64,000 bases of DNA, from positions 1,056,001 through 1,120,000 of the forward strand of contig CAWFQB010000001.1 in the NCBI GenBank assembly GCA_963817895.1, given 5' to 3'. Positions 58,845 through 64,000 of the stretch are shown here, piece after piece; position 1 is the first letter of the stretch; each line of letters starts with the position of its first letter. This DNA is from an uncultured Chthonomonadaceae bacterium. Lineage in GTDB: Bacteria > Armatimonadota > Chthonomonadetes > Chthonomonadales > Chthonomonadaceae. Made by a program: the position numbers and the translations under genes. The notes under the pieces are model-generated. The model was not told the DNA's origin. It worked only from the letters and a program-made list of their open reading frames with translations, and searched no databases.

Positions 58845-59015
58845 CAGACTAACACTGTCTCATATTCACGAAACTTTTGGCTGAACGGGCGCGGACGCCT
58901 GAACAGCAGAAAAGATTGAATATAGGATACTCTTTTTGAGCGCGATTGTCAAGAGTTTTTGAGGACGAAAATCAAGGATGATACCCCCTGTCCTTTTGTT
59001 CGAGGAGCCTTTCCT

Positions 59016-61772
59016 ATGAAGTTCGCCGCATGCCTGTGCTTGCTGTTCACCCTGGCCGCGCCCATTGTTGCCGCGCGGAACTCCGTTTCCGGGGAGGTTT
59101 CTCTGATGAAGTCGGCTTCCATAACATCGGCTACAGGGAAAGTGTCTGCCCTGAAACCTGTTTCTCTACGATGCGAATATGGAGAGGACGGTGTGGATAC
59201 GCCTGCCCCGCGCCTGAACTGGCTGCTTGCTGCCGACAAACGGGCGCAGAAACAAACCGCTTACCAGATTCTGGTGGCTTCCAGTGACACACCCCTGGCA
59301 CAGGGGCAGGGCGATTTGTGGGACACGGGCAAAATTGGATCAAGTTCGAGCGGGCATATTCTGTACGCGGGCAAACCGTTGCAATCCGGCCAGTATTGCG
59401 CGTGGCGGGTGCGGGTATGGGACCAGAATGATGCCATGTCGGAGTACAGCCCTGCCGCGCATTGGACAATGGGACTACTGCATCCCGGCGACTGGCGCGG
59501 CAAGTGGATCGGGCGTACAACGGATACCGCCTATCAGCCCGCGCCCTATCTGCGCCATGCGTTCGCGCTAAAAGGAAAGATTGCGCGGGCAACCGCTTAT
59601 GTGTGCGGTTTGGGATATTACGAACTGCATTTGAACGGGCAGAAAGTGGGCGACCACGTTCTTGATCCGGGCTATACGCGCTACGACCGCCGCGCTCTGT
59701 ACGTCACTTACGACGTTACGAAAGCATTGAAAGCCGGTCAGAACGCGGTTGGTATCGTATTAGGAACGGGTTGGGAGAACGTTCATACCCGCGCCGTGTG
59801 GTACTTCGACCGCGCCCCGTGGAGAGCCGCGCCCAAAGCCCTGCTGGAAATGCGCGTCGAGTACGCGGACGGCACAACGGAAAACATCGTCACGAACGAA
59901 AACTGGAAAACTTCAACCGGCCCGATTGTGTACGACAGCATTTATGGCGGGCAGACGTATGACGCGCGATTGGAACTGGCCGGATGGGATAAACCCGATT
60001 ACGACGACAGCCGTTGGCAAAACGCGCTTGCGGTGGCTCCTCCCGGCGGCAAATTGACATCACAATTTTGCCCGCCGATTCGCGTCAAGACGGTTATCAA
60101 GCCCGTCAGTGTGACCGAGCCGAAACCGGGCGTGTGGCTGTTCGACATGGGGCAGAACTTTGCCGGTTGGGCGGAACTGCGCGCGTCCGCGCCGAAGGGA
60201 ACCAAAATTACCCTGCGCTATGGCGAACGTCTGGGTTCGGATGGCACTCTGGATCAATCCCACCTTGCGCAGCATCTTGTGAAAACCGAACCGCCGCAGC
60301 GATTCCAGACGGACGAGTACATCTGCAAGGGCGGGGGAACGGAAACGTGGCATGCGCAGTTCTGCTATCACGGCTTTCAATATGTGGAATTGACCGGCTT
60401 TCCGGGCAGGCCCACTCTGAATACTCTGCGTGGCCTGTTTCTTCATTCGGATGTCGCGCCGACCGCCGAGTTCGCGTGTTCCAATCCCCTGCTCAACCGC
60501 ATCTGGCAGGCAACTCGCATGTCGTACCTGAGCAACCTGCAAAGCATCCCGACCGATTGCCCGCACCGCGAAAAGAACGGCTGGACGGGGGACGCGCACC
60601 TTGCCGCCGAGTTCGGCCTGCTGGCTTTCGACAGCGTAGGCGTGTACGCCAAATGGGTCAACGATCTGGACGACGAGCAAAAAACGACGGGAGAACTGCC
60701 CGGAATCGTGCCGAGCAGCGGGTGGGGTTACGAGTGGGGCAATGGGCCGGCATGGGACAGCGCGTTCGTGCTTATTCCGCGCTACTGCTACACATACTCG
60801 GGCGATGGGCGCATTTTGGAACAGCACTACGCGGGCATGAAGCGGTACGTGGATTACCTGACCACGCGCGCAAAGGAGGGCATTGTATCCATCGGGCTTG
60901 GCGATTGGGTTCCGTTTGAAACCGAAACCCCGGTCGAAGTCACGTCCACCGCGTACTATTACCGCGACGCGCTGCTCGTCGGACTGCTGGCCGCGCAGTT
61001 GGGAAACAGTGAGGACGCGCAAAAGTACAATGCTCTCGCCGCGCAAATCAAAACCGCGTTCAACCGGCGCTTTTATCACCCCGAAACGGCAACCTACGCC
61101 AACGGCAGCCAGACCGCGTTAAGCTGCGCTTTGTATCAGGGATTGGTGGAACCGGAGAACCAAGCCGCTGTAGTGAACTCGCTCGTGGCCGCAGTGGAAA
61201 AGCGCAACGGGCATATTGACACGGGCATTTTGGGCGCGAAGTACATTTTCCACGCCCTGACGGAGGGCGGGCGGGCGGATGTGGCGTACCGGATCGCGAA
61301 CCAGAAGGACAAGCCGGGTTGGGGCTGGTGGCTGGAACAGGGCGGCACAACGCTGTGGGAAAGCTGGGGCGGCACGGATTCGCGCAACCACATCATGTTC
61401 GGCGACATCAGCGCGTGGTTCGTGGAAACCCTCGTGGGCATCACGCCGGACGCGCCCGGTTTCACCGCTATTCGTATCCAGCCCCACATCGTCGGCGACC
61501 TGACCGGCGCAAGAGCGCAACTGCAAACCGCGTCCGGCCAGGTCACAAGCGACTGGCAACGGGAAAACGGCAGCCTGCGTCTGTCCGTGGAAATCCCCGC
61601 CAACACGACCGCGACCGTTTATGTACCCGCTTCCGACACTGCCCTATGTCAGGAGGGCGGCAAACCCGCAGCGCAATCCGAAGGCGTCCACTTCCTGCGC
61701 CGCGAACCCGGCTACATCGTCTACGCCGTCGCGGGCGGCAAATACGAGTTCACCAATCGTCTTGAACCATAA
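59016..61772 (+). CDS. Alpha-L-rhamnosidase (GH78)
   Basis: FDMGQNFAG, YHGFQYV, PTDCPHREKNGWTGD, GLGDW, TTLWESW, SRNHIMFG; signal peptide. Confidence 0.93.
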   Translation: MKFAACLCLLFTLAAPIVAARNSVSGEVSLMKSASITSATGKVSALKPVSLRCEYGEDGVDTPAPRLNWLLAADKRAQKQTAYQILVASSDTPLAQGQGDLWDTGKIGSSSSGHILYAGKPLQSGQYCAWRVRVWDQNDAMSEYSPAAHWTMGLLHPGDWRGKWIGRTTDTAYQPAPYLRHAFALKGKIARATAYVCGLGYYELHLNGQKVGDHVLDPGYTRYDRRALYVTYDVTKALKAGQNAVGIVLGTGWENVHTRAVWYFDRAPWRAAPKALLEMRVEYADGTTENIVTNENWKTSTGPIVYDSIYGGQTYDARLELAGWDKPDYDDSRWQNALAVAPPGGKLTSQFCPPIRVKTVIKPVSVTEPKPGVWLFDMGQNFAGWAELRASAPKGTKITLRYGERLGSDGTLDQSHLAQHLVKTEPPQRFQTDEYICKGGGTETWHAQFCYHGFQYVELTGFPGRPTLNTLRGLFLHSDVAPTAEFACSNPLLNRIWQATRMSYLSNLQSIPTDCPHREKNGWTGDAHLAAEFGLLAFDSVGVYAKWVNDLDDEQKTTGELPGIVPSSGWGYEWGNGPAWDSAFVLIPRYCYTYSGDGRILEQHYAGMKRYVDYLTTRAKEGIVSIGLGDWVPFETETPVEVTSTAYYYRDALLVGLLAAQLGNSEDAQKYNALAAQIKTAFNRRFYHPETATYANGSQTALSCALYQGLVEPENQAAVVNSLVAAVEKRNGHIDTGILGAKYIFHALTEGGRADVAYRIANQKDKPGWGWWLEQGGTTLWESWGGTDSRNHIMFGDISAWFVETLVGITPDAPGFTAIRIQPHIVGDLTGARAQLQTASGQVTSDWQRENGSLRLSVEIPANTTATVYVPASDTALCQEGGKPAAQSEGVHFLRREPGYIVYAVAGGKYEFTNRLEP

Positions 61773-61875
61773 TTTTTCATGGTTAGAATGATTACCATGA
61801 TGAAGACCAGCCCACTCATGGTAATCCTCAAAATCACATAAATCGTGGTTCAAGACAGTGGAAGCAAGGTTGCTG

Positions 61876-61904
61876 TTGACAATTGGTAGTCCGTTTATTA
61901 TAAT
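61876..61904 (+). promoter_or_regulatory. Consensus sigma70 promoter
   Basis: TTGACA-17 nt-TATAAT. Confidence 0.8.
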
Positions 61905-61956
61905 GTGCGCAGGACGAAAAGAGTATTTCTCTTAATGGAGGTTTGCAGGACACTAT

Positions 61957-62415
61957 ATGCCTAAAAACGAACGTCTTACTACTGTTCTATCTGGCGTGTC
62001 TGGCGAATACTTTGTTGCTGCCGAACTCTCTCGCCGGGGCTACATTGCCTCTCTGACGCTGAAAAATACGCGTGGCATTGATATTCTGGTCGCCAACAGC
62101 GATGCTACCAAGTCCGTTGGTATTCAGGTCAAGACAAGCCAAGATCGAGGCAAGCAGTGGATACTCAACAAAAAAGTAGAGAAGGGCATGGCGAGCAACC
62201 TTTTCTTCGTTTTTGTCAGCCTTAACAACGGCACTACACCCCCTGCTTATCATATCGTTTCCGGTCAGGTTGTTGCCGACTACGCCAGAACATATCATGC
62301 TGACTGGTTATCAGGAACGAAGCAGAATGGAGGAGCGCGCAAGGATACGTCTATGAGGTCGTTTCGTGATGCTGAAGACGAATACCTAGATCGTTGGGAC
62401 TTGCTGGGGTTGTAA
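61957..62415 (+). CDS. Small PD-(D/E)xK endonuclease-like protein
   Basis: GEYFVAAELSRRG...GIDIL...IQVKT pattern. Confidence 0.65.
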   Translation: MPKNERLTTVLSGVSGEYFVAAELSRRGYIASLTLKNTRGIDILVANSDATKSVGIQVKTSQDRGKQWILNKKVEKGMASNLFFVFVSLNNGTTPPAYHIVSGQVVADYARTYHADWLSGTKQNGGARKDTSMRSFRDAEDEYLDRWDLLGL

Positions 62416-62628
62416 GCTGATCAGAGAATCTTGCATACGGATGTGTACAACTAACCAGTTCAACGAATAAGAGGTTTGCTATGCTCTGTGTTCAGGCAGG
62501 TAAATTGGACGCCTTGCGGAAGAAGCCTTAGCGGAGTATCACATGGGCAAGGCGATAGAGATTTAAAACAGTTTTCCTCAATTCGCTTCTTGCAACGCAT
62601 ATAGTAAGTGCTAAAATAGGAGGCTTCT

Positions 62629-62835
62629 ATGCCCCTGCGTGTTTCTGAAGGCAGACCGATTCACCCTGTGGGATTGCGCCCCGGCGCAGTTCCAATCGCA
62701 AATTCCCTGCCCGTTCCCCGATTTGCGCAGGAACAAACGCTCTGGTGTTGGGCGGCCTGTTGCGCTATGGTTTTCGCCTTTCGTAATACGCCTCAATCAC
62801 AATGCGCCATTATACGTTTATGCTGGACTCGATAG
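62629..62835 (+). pseudogene. N-terminal fragment of a papain-like (C39/C70-type) cysteine peptidase
   Basis: VPRFAQEQTLWCWAACCAMV (Q...WCWAA catalytic Cys); GGAGG RBS; no catalytic His half. Confidence 0.6.
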
Positions 62836-63443
62836 CGCAGCAAGTCGGTGAATTGCTTGGCGATGTTGCCGAACCCGCGTTGCTGAACGCGCAGCCGATT
62901 GAGCTACGCGAAACGCTGGAAGTGGGGGCGCTTGGACTGGACGCGCTGGCGCATGGCAACGCGTCCGGCAAAAGCCTGTCGCAGCTTGCCTGCCCCACCG
63001 GACGCTGCCATCATCAGATTACGTTTGACGGCAATCCGGCGGCGTTTGCCCGCTCGTCTGTGTCCGAAGAGGACTGTAATCCTGTTGTGGAGGAACTGTT
63101 TATGTCGCTCCTTGCGGCGAAACTGGATGCGGCAATGGAGTGGATTGACCAAAACGTTTCCGGCGAACCGTTGGCGCGTTTGCTGGTTGTTCCCGCGCGC
63201 TACCTTCACGCGCTCTGGCTGACAGACAGCGCGAACCAGACGGGGCAGGTTCTGATTGTCGAGATTGCCGGGATGCCGGAAACGAAAGCAGGCGACGTCG
63301 TGAACGCGCTTCAAAACCCGCAAGCGTATCAACTACTGGAAGAACATGTGTTCTTGAAAACGTTGGCAAATATTCCCGCGCCGATGGGCGTTCTGTTGAG
63401 AGGCAACGGCAAAAACGCGCCTACGTTGGCAGCCGTTCCCTGA
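62820..63443 (+). CDS. Hypothetical protein
   Basis: ORF overlapping the peptidase fragment; RLLVVPARYLHALWL. Confidence 0.55.
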   Translation: MLDSIAQQVGELLGDVAEPALLNAQPIELRETLEVGALGLDALAHGNASGKSLSQLACPTGRCHHQITFDGNPAAFARSSVSEEDCNPVVEELFMSLLAAKLDAAMEWIDQNVSGEPLARLLVVPARYLHALWLTDSANQTGQVLIVEIAGMPETKAGDVVNALQNPQAYQLLEEHVFLKTLANIPAPMGVLLRGNGKNAPTLAAVP

Positions 63444-63554
63444 TTCGTAATGTCAGTTAAGCGGCAACTAACCGGACGAGAACAACCCCGCTAAATAGTT
63501 GACGGGGTTGTTCTTGTTGAACGGCATATTGTGGTTTTGCCGGCTTCGCGGTTG

Positions 63555-63998
63555 TCACTCTTCCGCAGCGCGTTCCGCAATCATCCAATCTTCACAGGGC
63601 GCAATGGCTATTTTCTCGAAATCCCGCGTATTCCGCGTGACAACCGTGTACCCTCGCGTTGCCGCAATCGCCGCCACGCGGCAGTCGCGCCGATGCGCCT
63701 GCCGGATTTTGTCAGGGATTTGCAGGAAACGCGCATAAGCCGCTTCATCGAAGGGTAGGACATTGAAGCGGCTTATATCTTGCAGAAATGAATCCAAAAT
63801 GCTATACGCCTGAACAACCTTGTTTGAAGTGTGATGCCTGTTGATAGCAGGCAGTATCTTGCTCAGGTGTTCTTCAACAAGGATCACGCTGATATAGAGG
63901 TTTTCGGCGGCTTCACGCGCAATGCGGCTATCCAACACAGGCGTATTGCGTTGTTTGCTAATCAGGTTGCTGAATATGTCCGTATCGAGTAAATACAC
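63555..63998 (-). CDS. vapC: PIN-domain VapC-like toxin (start at the window edge)
   Basis: YLLDTD, EE, DCRVAAIA, VVTRNTRDF. Confidence 0.88.
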   Translation of the reverse strand: MYLLDTDIFSNLISKQRNTPVLDSRIAREAAENLYISVILVEEHLSKILPAINRHHTSNKVVQAYSILDSFLQDISRFNVLPFDEAAYARFLQIPDKIRQAHRRDCRVAAIAATRGYTVVTRNTRDFEKIAIAPCEDWMIAERAAEE

Positions 63999-64000
63999 GT

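Noticed and set aside
63480..63513. IS200/IS605-type end or omega-RNA at GAACAACCCCG...CGGGGTTGTTC
   Set aside because: No tnpA, tnpB or iscB nearby; position between convergent genes fits a terminator or REP hairpin
1..64000. CRISPR array
   Set aside because: No run of 23-47-nt repeats with unique spacers; the repeats seen are short tandems, iterons or palindromes, and no cas genes are present

Overview
High-GC bacterial chromosome segment. The gene set and intergenic repeat style suggest an Armatimonadota-like organism, but that is inference only. The backbone carries lon, rseP-dxr, leuS, recD2, lysA, trpS, several secreted hydrolases/peptidases and a type IV pilin-like gene. Three accessory insertions stand out. 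(1) An ~11.2 kb phage-satellite-like element integrated in tRNA-Val(CAC) (47621-58844), with a tyrosine integrase, a primase/helicase with iteron clusters and an XRE regulator. Its AT-rich cargo is a promoter-driven, ~300-nt highly structured two-domain non-coding RNA followed by a translationally coupled RelA/SpoT-like nucleotidyltransferase + DUF262 gene pair; this is the best candidate for an undescribed RNA-associated defence/toxin system. (2) A methyltransferase + nuclease-like cassette bracketed by two synonymous versions of the recD2 3' end (30466-34630). (3) A small cassette next to a truncated PemK-like toxin (16.0-18.7 kb). Also seen: a Leu-rich leader-peptide attenuator upstream of leuS, several palindromic and short tandem repeat families (some in-frame inside genes), and a cluster of frameshifts (31-39 kb) that may be assembly errors. 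No CRISPR array or rRNA was found.
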